A stretch of DNA of 64,000 bases, taken from assembly GCA_040285855.1 (NCBI GenBank), contig JAUFOQ010000002.1, forward strand, positions 1,736,001 through 1,800,000, written 5' to 3'. The notes beneath the pieces are model-generated. The model saw only the letters and a list, made by a program, of their open reading frames with translations, had not been told where the DNA came from and made no database searches. The translations under genes were made by a program, and so were the position numbers. Shown piece after piece: positions 14,290 through 27,397 of this stretch (positions within the stretch are counted from its first letter, which is position 1; each line of letters opens with the position of its first letter). Origin of the DNA: Eukaryota sp. GEM-RC1. Its lineage: Eukaryota.

Positions 14290-15170
14290 TCAACTTGTTT
14301 TATTTGGAGCCATCAATGGTTTCTTGTATTTATCTTGTTTGGCTTGTGCAAAAATGTCTAAAGGGGAAGTTTCAGAGTAAGCATTCTTTAAAGATGTCAT
14401 TTTGCAAATATCCACTGACACTACATTGACAACAAACAGTTTGTCTGAAGAAAAGAAGGGACAACAACATATGCTCTCCATTTACCAAAAAATTGGTTCT
14501 GGTTTTCGACATTACAATTAATATTTGGTTCTAAAGATCTTAGAATTGGTTCAACAAATGACTCAATTTTTAAGACTTACACATAGCATGTATATGATCT
14601 CTTACAGCATCATGAATACACGTTCGATAAGTTATGTAGCGATTAAAACTTAACACATGAGAAAATGTTAATTGTTTTCCACAGCTACATTGAAGATCAT
14701 TTGGTAAATTGTATAGCCATAAATAGCAACGAAGTCGCATCTTAAGGGTCCACTGATGATCATTTCATAATAAACCATATACTTGTGATAATTGATTAAT
14801 TAATGCCAAAGGTGTACCTTTTTGAAAACCGACTTGGTCAAAGTAAAGTAACATAAGCACCATCATCCTTTGAAGCTGTTTGTACTTCATATATTTGAAT
14901 AAATATACTAGATGTTATTGCTGAGCCTTTTTTCGCGATTGAAGGTGGTTTTGTTGCAGTTTGTGTTCGAACTTTACCATGTGATCAGTCTGAATCAACA
15001 ACGGTAAATACTTAGTAAAAAATTGATCTCAACTTATGTCACTTTCATAGGTGTTGTTTGATGATTTTACTGGTCCAATTTATTGCAATATATTGGACCA
15101 ATACCAATTATTGATTGGGGCCGAAAATGTTGTAGCAATACTATTGCAATATATTGTTGCCCCTGGTCAT
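14290..15170 (-). mobile_element. Degenerate CRE-like (RLE-type) non-LTR retrotransposon fragment
   Basis: CSCGKQLTFSH..., HDAVR, D..SVD and KQDKYK endonuclease motifs; closely similar to 52340-52710. Confidence 0.7.
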
Positions 15171-15562
15171 CAAGAAGCAAACAGCTTTCGTCCTAGAACT
15201 TCTTTATACTACTTTCTCCTGACTATGACTAAGGTCATTCTAAGACTTCTAGCACTGATGAAAAGGATCAAAAGAAAGTATGACAGATGTCGCTTCAATT
15301 AAATAACACTAATCGAATTTAGTCCGTTAGAAACTGAAAACAGAATTAGGTTGCATAGAATTCCTAAGATCAACTACTGTATCAAAACAGGGTCACGTCA
15401 TAATTACTTTCAGTCGTCTATTAAATACTCGTATTCTCAACACTGAAACGAAACATCGAATATTTATGTTGATTTTACACCAGTCGAAAGATTATATTAC
15501 ATAAATTAGATTTGCGGTAAAAACCAGTAAAAATGTAATGTGGTCTATTTAAATGTTTTCAT

Positions 15563-16651
15563 TTATGATTTACGATTTAGTAACTTCTTTGAGCGTGGTA
15601 CATGGAGATCCAGAATGCTCTCTTTAAGGGCATCCACCTTCTTCACTTTCTTCATTAATTCCAAATTGATGGCAGCATCAAGTTCTTCACCAACTTTTTG
15701 TACTTCATCACAAGAGTCCTCAGTACCATCAGATTCGTTGGTATATATGATCTCAATTGGACATTTTTGAAACCTCGACGATTCTTTGATCTTGTGGTAT
15801 TTACTTTTTTTCTTTTCCGTCGAGAAATACATACTAGTACGTCTACCTTGAAGAAAAGAAGAATCAAAAGAGAGTTAGTACCACTGAAGTGTCCGTTTGC
15901 AACAAGATTCTCAACCGTTTCTAAAAATTCTGCAATGGTGTCAGCTAATACTACACAAGAAAACAGTGTTCGAAACAAAAGGAATCTTGGAGAGTCGGTG
16001 GTGACGTGTAACGACTCAAGAAATGAAATGTAGTTATCTAAACCAACAGAATTTTGTGACTCAAGATGGGAGGAAATCATGAACTTTTTCAAATTCAAGC
16101 TCAATAGAGAAAAGAATTTCAAATTTGATACAATAAATACCTTCCAAATTGAACTAAACCCCAACAAAGCCAAAAGTTCAACAACTCTATGAAGTGTAGA
16201 CCCAGCTACTTGAACTTGAAAGAAAGAGAGTTCTGATGAATCAACTTTGCGAAGTTTAGGATGAGTTGTAAATGAAGAAACACGAAGGAGGAAAAGCTCA
16301 TCTTCTGTTAAGAGTTGAAGATTTAAAAACTCTTGACGTAATCTAATGTTTCTGAGAAACATTAAAAGAGCAAAAGCAATTGGCTGTACTTCAGAAAGAT
16401 TATCAAAAATTGTAAATCAACCATTTCAGAATGAGTACTAGAACCGTTCTAGTAGAACGTGCCCAAGATTCAATAAATTCAAGAGCAGTACCAGAATTTC
16501 CTTTAATGAATTCGAACCCAGAACAATTGGGCTTTTCAGTGACAATGGCATAAAGAGTAGCAATTCCATCAATTAAAGGTCTTTGGAAAGAGTCCAAAGT
16601 AAAAGATTGTCCTAAAACAGGATCAACACAAACTCGGGACTGTAAGTTCAA
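15563..16651 (-). pseudogene. Fragmented hypothetical gene
   Basis: Three consecutive minus-strand ORFs (16403-16651, 15655-16362, 15563-15832); no recognisable domain. Confidence 0.35.
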
Positions 16652-16659
16652 ACCTGGAG

Positions 16660-17290
16660 AATTTCTATGAGTTGGAGTTCTGTCAAAATTTTCCGAGTAA
16701 GTCGAGTTGGAGTGAAACTTGCTTTTTCATTAGCATTCCTAAGTAAGTATTATACATAATTTACAAAAAAACACCTGTATCAAGGGGGAGTTACACTATT
16801 TGTAGTTATCACGGACCAAAAAGATAATAAACTTAACTATGCTTTCGTTTAAAAAAGCCAATAAGTTAAAACTATCGTCCTGCAAGACCTGTGTAAACGT
16901 CTTCCCAAATTCTGAACACTGTTTTTGAAATAACTTCTGAAACTCTTCTTTAGTAACCACTGAAATTCTCACAAAAAATGGAAAGATTCGTTGTGATGAC
17001 ATCATCATGGTGGATACCTAACAGTGTTTGTTTTAATGTGAATCGAAACACGTTGAGTCACCGTTGTGTATATCTGGAAGAAGTGCCAAAAGCGTTAAAT
17101 GAGAGGAATTCTATAAAGAGAAAAAACAGAATTCAACAGATTTGTGTGAGTGAAGTCTACAAGTGACTTGGGTTGGAGTGAAGTGAAGTTGGAGTGAAGT
17201 TCACTTGTAAAATGTGTTGTTTGGAGTGAAGTCGAGTTGGAGTTCTAATATTTCTACGAGTGGAGTGAAGTCGAGTTCCTATAGGTAGAT
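16660..17290. repeat. Clusters of TGGAGTGAAGT(CGAG) short direct repeats, probably DNA-transposon subterminal repeats
   Basis: Multiple GGAGTGAAGT / GTCGAGTTGGAG units at ~16670-16720 and ~17145-17280. Confidence 0.6.
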
Positions 17291-18447
17291 TTCCGAAAAT
17301 GATAACAGAAAACGAGAGTTTACAATAATTACAGGTTTGATTTATATAGAATGTGTTCATACAGAGATCAAAGATCCTATCCCACCGAGGATTTGAGTAC
17401 CTATGAGCAGAGCAGCTGACACTACGGTTAGATCAGATGTTCGAATGTACACACGGCGAAATAGGAAGACAGAAAAATGATTTTCAATTTTTCAAAATTT
17501 GCATTCCGCAAATACACATTCTCAGATTCTCTCATATCCTATATTGTGTTTTAGATTCAACGAGTACTTTTACACATTTACGCAACTGCTACACTGACTA
17601 AGTGATCTGGCGGAGGACACGTTTGATAACATCCATTCAGTTATATAAAAGGGACTAATCCGAATGAAATAACAACACCATCAGATTTTTGTTTTGTAGG
17701 AAGGATACTTTATTGGGTACCGAATAAAGTTTTTGTTGTCATCCGAGGGAACACTTCTGACTGCATTCACTTGTAATCTTAGTGTCCTTAGTTTATTGAA
17801 CAATTACTCCCCCCAGGCAGGAGTACGACTCACATAATTTATGAACATTGTATTAAAGAAGGAGGATTGTGATCAGTTCAAGCAATAGAACGCACTTGGG
17901 GGTCATTTATAGACCACATCATTAAAACACCACTATTATGCTAACGAAGATAGACACAAACAACATTGAAGTATACTTGAATGAGGTATTTACTCGACCC
18001 CAATAGCTGAACAGAAAGACAGAAAGTCTAGTGTTCGTTCCATGTAAGTCTTCAACAGTTCGACCAATCTCCACTATCTGTGTGTGGGAAATTCTTTGTT
18101 CCCAACTGTCACATGTAGTAGCATGTGTACCAGTTTGTTTTCCATGACCTCCTGGCCATCCCGTCTTACAACTATATTTCCAAAGACTACAATGTTTGCT
18201 TAACATAACACTCCTTTTCCCAAACTTCAAGTTGTCGCTCAAATACTTAAGAGAGTTCAATGTGGTTCGAACGTATTGGAATCAAACACTTCACTGTGGT
18301 CAATAACCCTGATCAAATGTCGACAGTCATTCTGAGACTGACGAAAGACAAACTCTTGGTGGACGATTTTGGTTCACTGTGTAAACTGTCTAAATTGACA
18401 CAAAGTAAAATGAATAAGTGTACAACTAATTTAAAAATAATACAAAT

Positions 18448-20503
18448 TTACATTCTAAACATATGCCTATAACGCAATACTCCATTGACTTCAGTGACAA
18501 CCATCATTGGTGCTACTTGAACACTACTTTGGGTAACAGGGGAATATCCACCGAAACCAATTGGAAACAAAAGCAGCTTTCCCATTCATTCCCGTAGTCA
18601 TATCCCCTTCTTCTACAACTTGCCAACTAGAAGGACCATTAACATCCCAATTTAAGCCAACTCTGTATTGAACAGAAGATCCAACAACACAATGAACAAG
18701 AAGATCTGGTTCTGGGTCAGAATCAAAGGTAATCCAACTGCTAGTACACGTGATTGGACTATTGAGATTGGCACAACCTGAAAAAGGAGGAAATTGAGAA
18801 GTATCTACTTCGTGAGCAACATAATCGTTTTCATTGAGATATCGATGAACATAGAACTTTACTCGACAAAACTTGTTATTCTTGTCAGTATCAGACCATA
18901 GAGTAGGTTCTGACAAAATAGGGCGGTCAGCAGCAATACTTCTAGTATTAATAAGAATGTCATCGAAGTAAGCACCCCGTTGATCCCAAACATAGAAACC
19001 ATATCTAGAGTAAGTAAAAACAAGTAAACATACGATCCATGATGTACATTAGAAGGGTCCTGGTAGGTAAATCGACGATTTCCATCTCTATCTATGGTTA
19101 TAAGTCCACCTTCAGTCAATTTGATGTGAATAATGTGTTTCTGACCACTGAAAAACCGTGGGAAGTCATTGTTAGCTATCTCAGTCATTCCACCATTAGT
19201 AACCTTGACCAAAACTTCCCGGTAGTTGTACCGTACGTTACCACAAGCACTATGATTATCTATGATATATACGTAATAGTTACGTAAATCTCTCTTCATT
19301 CCAAACATGAACCCAGCTTCACCATGAGCAAAGGATCCAACATGAGCAGGATCTAAACCCCATTCAAATTCAATATCAGCATCATAAGAATCAAAAGCTT
19401 CGTCCAAAGGATCGTAGAAACCTCTACCAGGTCTACTCCAAGTACCGTCAGGTAGAACTCTTTGAGAAATTGGATCCATGAACCATCCAGGATTTCCTGT
19501 AATGACAGTGAGACTTGTGAAACCATGATTGATGATTACTGGAATCCATTCACCAAAGATTTCCTGAGCATCAGCACTTCCAGAGTCAATTGACCTTTCA
19601 CTTTGACAACAAGGTCTTTCGAGTGAACCGAAATCCCACAGAGTGACTGGTCTTAGCTCGATACCCCCAACTACGACATCAACAAAACCATTACCACTTA
19701 AATCCTTCAGTGCAAACAGAGTGGAAACCATATGAGGAATGAAGTGACGAGTGGCATCGGCATGTTGAGGTGACTCATCGTGATCTGGGATATCTTTATG
19801 ATAATAGATCTGTTCAGAGGCGGTTATAACTTGATCAGAATCCAGAGCTCCAAGATTCGGTTCATGAAGATCAACATTTCTATACAAATGGTATTCACAT
19901 TTACCTAAAATATCACGATCAACATCAAAAGAGCTGTTTCTACATTCAACAATAGCTCCTCGGGGAGAGACAATATCTTCCATGCATTCTTCAGCGTCAT
20001 AGAGATTTGATTGAAGACTCCAACAAGAGCTGACACCTAGGACAATTCCTTTGTTATCTTGAGCAGACGAAATAGCAAACGTAGCGGGACGTACAGCAAT
20101 AGGGGTGAAAGACAGTGTACCAAAATCGGTGGTTTCGACAGTAGTGTCCTCCTCAAAAGCATCAATACTACGAGAATGTTGTTGTTCCATAAGGAAGAAG
20201 AATGGGTCGAATCCTTTTTCTTGGTAGAACCAGCCATACTTGAAAAAGCAATAGAATAGCCTGTAATGGAGCTCTCCATTCACCATCCAAGAGAGAACAA
20301 GTGTATCGCAATCGGCTTGGCTGTAGTGAACTGAAGAAACGGAAAACGCGTTTGTGTTTGATTCAATGGAAGTAATGTTTTGGAAGGAACAAAAGTCAGA
20401 CTTAGAATGCCAAAATGACCATGAAGGGGTAGCAGCTACAGCTAGAAAACATAACGAGATGAGGGAGGAAGAAGGAGATGATCGGAAGGGATAGACTTCT
20501 CAT
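18448..20503 (-). CDS. Secreted protein, tandem copy 1, with thrombospondin-C/lectin-like beta-sandwich; 29-nt intron 19005-19033
   Basis: Signal peptide (indel near 20463); GEAGFMFGMKR...YYV motif. Splicing GTATGT...CTAG restores GSYGFYVWDQRGAYFDDI. Near-identical to 21468-23544. Confidence 0.75.
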
Positions 20504-20805
20504 GTTGATCAAATCTGATTGGGTATAGTGCTTCAAATAAGAACGAAGTGATGTGTCTTTCCACAGTGTTTTCTTGGGCATCTTAGGAATCATCTTGGTT
20601 AGTACCATTCAAAGACAGACCGACAAGGGGTGTAGTAAGTTTCCCTTGCATATATCGTCACATTCTGTTGATTGATTCTCGTCAGAATTAAGGCCACAAT
20701 TCCCAACGAATTGATTGAATTATCCGGTTAGTTCTCAGTCCTTCCTCAAACTAAGATGTCTATTTTAGGTGATATTTCTTTACATTGTGATATATTACCC
20801 TGAAG

Positions 20806-21314
20806 AAAAAAACGGGGTTTATGATCAGTCAGTGAAATAAAAGCATTTGCAGAAGTTAATAACTAACAGACACCAACTAAAGTATCTAAACTACGATCCT
20901 TCTGTCCATCACCGAACAACTTACCTAAAATTGAATTAAAATAGCTGTGCATTGAACGAAACAACGCAAACGTTAACCTACTCAACCAAAAATTTTCATT
21001 GAAAACTTTACCATACTCAGAACACAATTTACCAAAGGAAGTTAAAGAACCTTGTGCAGCTGGTCCAATATTACCGTATATCGACATCGCAAAAGGTTGA
21101 AACACAAAAGAATTGTACCTGTCAACATTCAATTGGTTAATTAAGTGACAGTACTTTGTATTTTTTCCTTTTTCAGCCACTTCAAGAGCAAAAAATCATC
21201 ATCAAAATTTTTGGAAATTGATCTTGAATTACAAGGATCAACAGTCGGGAAATCTATGATAATTTCCTGACAAGATAACCAAGGACCAATCAAATCACCA
21301 CGACTTCTATAAAC
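20806..21314 (-). mobile_element. 5'-truncated CRE-like non-LTR insertion (RLE C-terminus)
   Basis: RGD...D...K..KY...FQPFAMSIYGNIG...W motif; flanked by the 11-bp direct repeat TTACCCTGAAG (20795-20805, 21315-21325). Confidence 0.75.
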
Positions 21315-21467
21315 TTACCCTGAAGTGAAACTTTGTACATATTTCATGAAAAACGGGAACTAAGCTAATTAAAAGTCCGGATTGCAATACCTATAAGCTA
21401 GTGTCTGATATTTCACACATGGTAGTAAAATGAACAAGTGTACAACTATTTTCAAAATAATACAAAT

Positions 21468-23544
21468 TTACATTCTAAACATATGCCTATAACGCAATGC
21501 TCCATTGACTTCAGTGACAACCATCATTGGTGCTACTTGAACACCGCTTTGGGCAACAGAAGAATATCCACCAAAACCAATTGAAACAAAAGCAGCTTTC
21601 CCATTCATTCCCGTAGTCATATCCCCTTCTTCTACAACTTGCCAACTAAAAGGACCATTAACATCCCAATTTAAGCCAACTCTGTACTGAACAGAAGATC
21701 CAACAATACAATGAACAAGAAGATCTGGTTTTGGGTCAGAATCAAAGGTAATCCAACTGCTAGTACACGTGATTGGACTATTGAGATTGGCACAGCCTGT
21801 AAATGGAGGAAATTGAGAAGTATCTACTTCGTGAGCAACGTAATCGTTTTCATTGAGATATCGGTGAACATAGAACTTTACCCGGCAAAACTTGGTATTC
21901 TTGTCGTTATCGGACCAGAGAGTAGGTTCTGACAAAATGGGGCGGTCAGCAGCAATACTTCTTGTATTAATAAGAATGTCATCGAAATAAGCACCCCGTT
22001 GATCCCAAACATAGAAACCATATCTAGAGTAAGTAAAAACAAGTAAACATACGATCCATAATGAACATTCGAGTTATCCTGGTAAGTAAAACGACGATTT
22101 CCATCTCTGTCTATTGTAATGAGACCACCTTCAGTCAATTTGATGTGGATAGTGTGCTTTTGACCACTGAAAAATCGAGGGAAAGCGTTGTTGGCAAGTT
22201 CCGTCATTGCACCATTAGTAACCTTGACCAAAACTTCTCGGTAATTGTACAGAACGTTTCCACAAAGATGATGATTATCCATGATATAGACGCTGCTATT
22301 AGCAACGAAAACCCAAACACATACTAGTAGTTACGTAAATCTCTCTTCATTCCAAACATAAACCCAGCTTCACCATGAGCAAATGATCCAACATGAGCAG
22401 GATCCAGACCCCATTCAAATTCAATGTCAGCATCATAAGAATCAAAAGCTTCGTCCAAAGGATCGTAGAAGCCTCTTCCAGGTCTACTCCAACTACCGTC
22501 AGGGAGAATTCTCTGAGAAACTGGATCCATGAACCATCCAGCATTCCCTGTAATGACAGTGAGACTTGAAAAACGGTTATTAACGATTACAGGAACCCAT
22601 TCACCAAAGATTTCCTGAGCATCAGCACTTCCAGAGTCAATTGACCTTTCACTTTGACAACAAGGTCTTTCTAGTGTACCAAAATCCCAAAGAGCGACTG
22701 GTCTTAGCTCAATACCCCCAATTACGACATCAACAAAACCATTACCACTTAAATCCTTCAGTGCAAACAAAGTGGAAACCATATGAGGAATGAAGTGACG
22801 AGTGGCATCGGCATGTTGAGGTGACTCATCGTGATCTGGGATATCTTTATGGTAATAGATCTGTTCAGAGGCAGTTATAACTTGGTCAGAGTCAAGAGCT
22901 CCAAGATTCGGTTCATGAAGATCAACATTTCTATACAAATGGTATTCACACTTACCTAAAATATCACGATCAACATCAAAAGAGGTGTTTCTACATTCAA
23001 CAATTGCTCCTCGGGGAGATACAATATCTTCTATACAAGCCTCAGCGTCATAGAGATTTGATTGAAGACTCCAACAAGAGCTGACACCTAGGACAATTCC
23101 TTTGCTATCTTGTGCTGATGAAATAGCAAACGTCGCAGGATGTGCAGCAACAGGGGTGAATGAAAGTGTACCAAAATCGGTCGTTTCGACAGTAGCATCC
23201 TCCTCAAAAGCATCAATACTACGAGAATGTTGTTGTTCCATAAGGAAGAAGAATGGGTCGAATCCTTTTTCTTGGTAGAACCAGCCATACTTGAAAAAGC
23301 AATAGAATAGCCTGTAATGGAGCTCTCCATTCGCCATCCAAGAGAGAACAAGTGTATCGCAATCGGCTTGGCTGTAGTGAACTGAAGAAACGGAAAACGC
23401 GTCTGTGTTAGATTCAATGGAAGTAATGTTTTGGAAGGAACAAAAGTCAGACTTAGAATGCCAAAATGACCATGAAGGGGTAGCGGCTACTGCTAGAAAA
23501 CTTAAAGAGACGAGGAGGAGGAAAGAGAAGATCAGGTTACGCAT
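21468..23544 (-). CDS. Secreted protein, tandem copy 2; introns 22293-22324 (32 nt) and 22024-22052 (29 nt)
   Basis: Signal peptide MRNLIFSFLLLVSLSFLAVA. Removing both GTATG...AG introns gives a reading frame collinear with copy 1. Confidence 0.8.
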
Positions 23545-23889
23545 GTCAAATCTGATTGGTGTTTCCAGATGAAAAGGAATGTTCTCGTGTTATTCCTTCT
23601 GTCTGAAGAACTGCATGGACAATGCCATAGAACTCAAGCGCTCTTTCGGGCATCATTCAGGATGAGCAGCTTCCATTTCTGCATTAATATATTAACCCTA
23701 ATACGAATACGACATCCAGTGGGTTTATAGAATTGATTCAGTGTGTGTACAATTTTGCTACTAGTATGTTTAAATTCTCTTAGACCTCAACCGTAGACGA
23801 TTCAGGGGTGGGAAAATTGAATATAATTTGTGTTTATTGCAATAAAAAACTCAAAAGGACACGAAATTGAAGATATCACCGTGAAGTTT

Positions 23890-24200
23890 ATTTCTACAGT
23901 TTTATCATGGGATCAATGTCACTCACAGATGTAAAATACTTACTAAAATTTCCTAAACAAACAAATTGTTGTAACGATGATAAATGTTTTATTTCATTGT
24001 AATGATCTGATGTGATACAGTATTTTGGTCCAATGGCATTTGCAATTGTAGATTTGGGTCCAAAAGTACGTGAACAATAATGGTGCAAACCATTGTTGCC
24101 AATACTTGCATGTCCTGCTCGAAAATGTAAAATTCGACACGGGTGAAATGCAAGTAAATCTACAAGAAAAAATGAATCCAAAATTGATCTCTCTTACTGA
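23890..24200 (-). mobile_element. Degenerate retroelement-derived fragment related to 15000-15170 and 27960-28080
   Basis: Shared TTGGTCCAAT...GGG(T/C)CCAAAA and AAAATTGATCTC motifs with the region upstream of the RLE fragment at 14.3-15.2 kb. Confidence 0.4.
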
Positions 24201-24820
24201 AACTACTAGTACTTACTCGAATTTTTCCTGCGCTTTATCTATTTCTCAGTTCTGTGAGTCTCCCAGTAAGTTGCCTGTTTAAGTATGTATTCTAATAATT
24301 TGTTCCCTAATTTGTGTTGATTCCATAAACCCGAGAACTATCTCATCACTTCAAATAAAACGGCATCAAATTGGATGAAAATTTGTGATGAATAAAGTTT
24401 GATAAATTTACTTAAGGTCAGACTACTAATCGCGGTTATTCTGTTGGATGTGTTCCAATGTGAAAATCTGCCAATTGCTTGTAATTGACGGATTACTTTT
24501 CAGAATGTTTACTTTTCTTTAATAATGGATGACGTAAATTCAAACTGAAACAGACAGTTTCAAACAGCAACCGTCAGTGAGAATACCTCGCGATCTTGTC
24601 ATCACCCCTGAACAATCTTAAAAATCTGAAGGACTTTAGAATCTTGAGCTTAGATGTAGAAATCAAACTCAAGAACCGTCTCGAAACCAAACTAATGACT
24701 TACTAAAAAACTGATTTATGTGCGGAGGAAAACAAACAACAAGAAAACAGCAAATACATAAACACTATTGAAACAATTTATCAAACGATACTACATTGGA
24801 TCAGGTGTCGAGCATTTTTC

Positions 24821-27397
24821 CAGTGTTATCAATTTTCAGAAATGCGCCAAATGCACGCATTTTGCGCATTTGGCGCATTTGGGATTTTGTGATATTGCGC
24901 ATTTTGACTTAGAGACTTATACAGAAGCACAAAAAAAATTCAAAAAAATCTCAATGTCTCTATGTCTCTATGTACAATAACAGTGATGTTGATCTCAAAA
25001 CAGTGTTTTGCAGTACCTCTTTCGTTGGACAAATGCAAAGTTGTATTGTATACAATTCAATGAACATTCTTTTGATATCACAATGTGAATTGGTTTAAAA
25101 TCTGTGAAGTTAGTGGGATTCAACCAAAACTTTTGATCAAAAGTCTGTTTTACCCATATTTACGAACAATGTAAATCGATACAAAACCATAAACGGTTAA
25201 TATCGTATAAAATACTGAATGAAATATGGTTTAAAGACCGTTGATTAAGACACCAACGTCCACTGTTTGTCCTTAAAGTTGAAACACATTTTCTGTATAG
25301 AGTATGTGATCAGCAGTAACAGTTGTTTAATGAGATTGGTCAATGAGAAGAGGATGTGCGTTTTCGAGCTCCCAGCTCAGCTTAAAGACTTTCAACGAGT
25401 TCTGAACACAGTTTTGAACAAGAAAACATTACGTCGTTCCCTGTTCAAAGTGTTGTTTCAAACGATTAGTTCCAGTGACGGACTGGTGGACACAATGATG
25501 ACAATTGGATTGCACAAGGATCCTCTAATCTCAAGGTCCCAAAATGTAACACCCTTCCGGTACCTTTAACATCAACTTTTCTCTAATATAACTGCTATCA
25601 GCTTCTAGAACTACTTAAGAGCGTCTTCTGGAACGTCGATATGAGTCTGCACGGAATTTCCTGTGTACGAGCCCTTAGTGTTCTGATAGCTATCTAAGTA
25701 CATTCTAGCTATGCTGATGATTGATAGAGTCAGTTTGATGTTACTTTGTGTGTCATAAATCGTGTTTTCGCGTTTGCCTGCGTTCCAACTAGTGGTTTTC
25801 TTCCACTCACTTACATCCCAAAATACTTAACTATGAAACTCCAACGTCTCCTTCGTTGTTGTGGTAGTACTGTTGGTTACTCGTTTCCGCAAATCTTGCT
25901 AAAAGTGATCTGAAACATGCAAAACTCAGCTCTACACGTTACGTTGACGAAGTTCACGGAAAAGGACATCATTGACACCCTTACGGACGACAAGATCAAC
26001 GAGAAATCAACACTTATCGAATCAGTGCGATCCATGTGAAGGACTAAGCAATACAATGAAGATTTGGTGTTTTATTAGGTTATACAGAGACTACAGAGCG
26101 TATAATGAGTGAAAGTCGTTGAGAAGATAGAGAGATCCTATAAATTCAAGGTTCCTGTAATTTCAAGGTCTGGATAGGGTTGAAATCATACTTGTTGATA
26201 ACAATAACAGTGTAATTCCATGTGTTTGTGATAACATGTTATAATAATTTCAATTTTTACCTATAATTTCAAGTTGAAATTGTAGGAACCTGACTGTATC
26301 ACACTTTTTTGCATTTTGTGATACCTGTGAATCACACATATCACATCACAACATCACATCACAGTGTGATATGTGTGATAATTGAGGTATATCACATCAC
26401 AAATACTGATGATACTAATCTTATTCAATAAAACCTTATATAAACAAACTTGAAGTATATTTGCTGCTAGATATGGAGGCTTTTGGATTATTGAACTCCA
26501 TCGAGCCTCCTAATCATAGATTCTGATTGAGAAACACAGTCAAGAGAATCCAATAGTCGCAAATTGTTCAACTGATTTAAAGGAGACGTCTGTTGTTCAT
26601 CAACATTAAATCCCACACGTATACGGTCTATTGTTAAATGATCTTAATTAAGCTGTGGAAACACAAGATAAGTACAAAAACCCATCGATGACTCTTAAAC
26701 ATGTGAAACGTGTTGGATATGAAATATGTCTTTTGGATGTATCAATTTACCATCGTTTAGGAAACAGTGGACCCAATTTTCTAAATGATGTTAAAAAGAG
26801 TCGTAAAAGAGGATGAACAACCGTGTTGATCATATGTTAGTATAAGTTATTCTGTGTGTAAAACAATTCATGGAATTGTTCGCTAAACCCTCTACTATCA
26901 GTGAGTTCCTTTTTGGAGTAAATAACTGTCGCCATGTGACAAATAAGACAGAATGTAAATTTATCTCTGACATTCTTTCAGATTGAGTCATATATATCGT
27001 TCGAAAATACACACAAAATAGTAAGTATTGATCGAGTTTAGTCTTCAATTCGAATATATTATCATATTTTGACTATTTCGACCCACACATGCACCACAAA
27101 TATCACTCACAAACATCACAAATATCACTCACAATTCAGTCTTTTTGTGATACCTGTGAATCACAAAAATCACCCACAAATATCACATCACAAATATCAC
27201 ATCACAAATATCACATCACAAAATAGCGTGATACCCAAGTATGATAGAGAATTACGAGTACATGAATCAGTATGACGAAAAAGATTTTTATTTATGGGGT
27301 GTCTCAAGTTCGAAATCAAAATGCGCACGTGAAATGCGCGCATTTGGCGCATTTGACACATTTCATTTCTGGAAAAAGTGCGCATTTGACAACACTG
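24821..27397. mobile_element. Putative hAT-like non-autonomous composite element
   Basis: TIR pair CAGTGTTATCAA (24821) / TTGACAACACTG (ends 27397); AAATGCGC/GCGCATTT subterminal repeats at both ends; no clear TSD. Confidence 0.5.
26300..27235. repeat. Two (T)ATCACATCACA repeat clusters (~26300-26405, ~27090-27235) flanking a plus-strand RLE retro fragment (~26660-26835)
   Basis: TTTTGTGATACCTGTGAATCACA in both clusters; QDKYK..LKHVK..YE fragment between them. Confidence 0.55.

Noticed and set aside
17145..17285. GGAGTGAAGT repeats as CRISPR or telomeric array
   Set aside because: Irregular spacing and unit length; best explained as transposon subterminal motifs.
23690..23812. piggyBac-like end TTAACCCT
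   Set aside because: No matching AGGGTTAA partner end found nearby.
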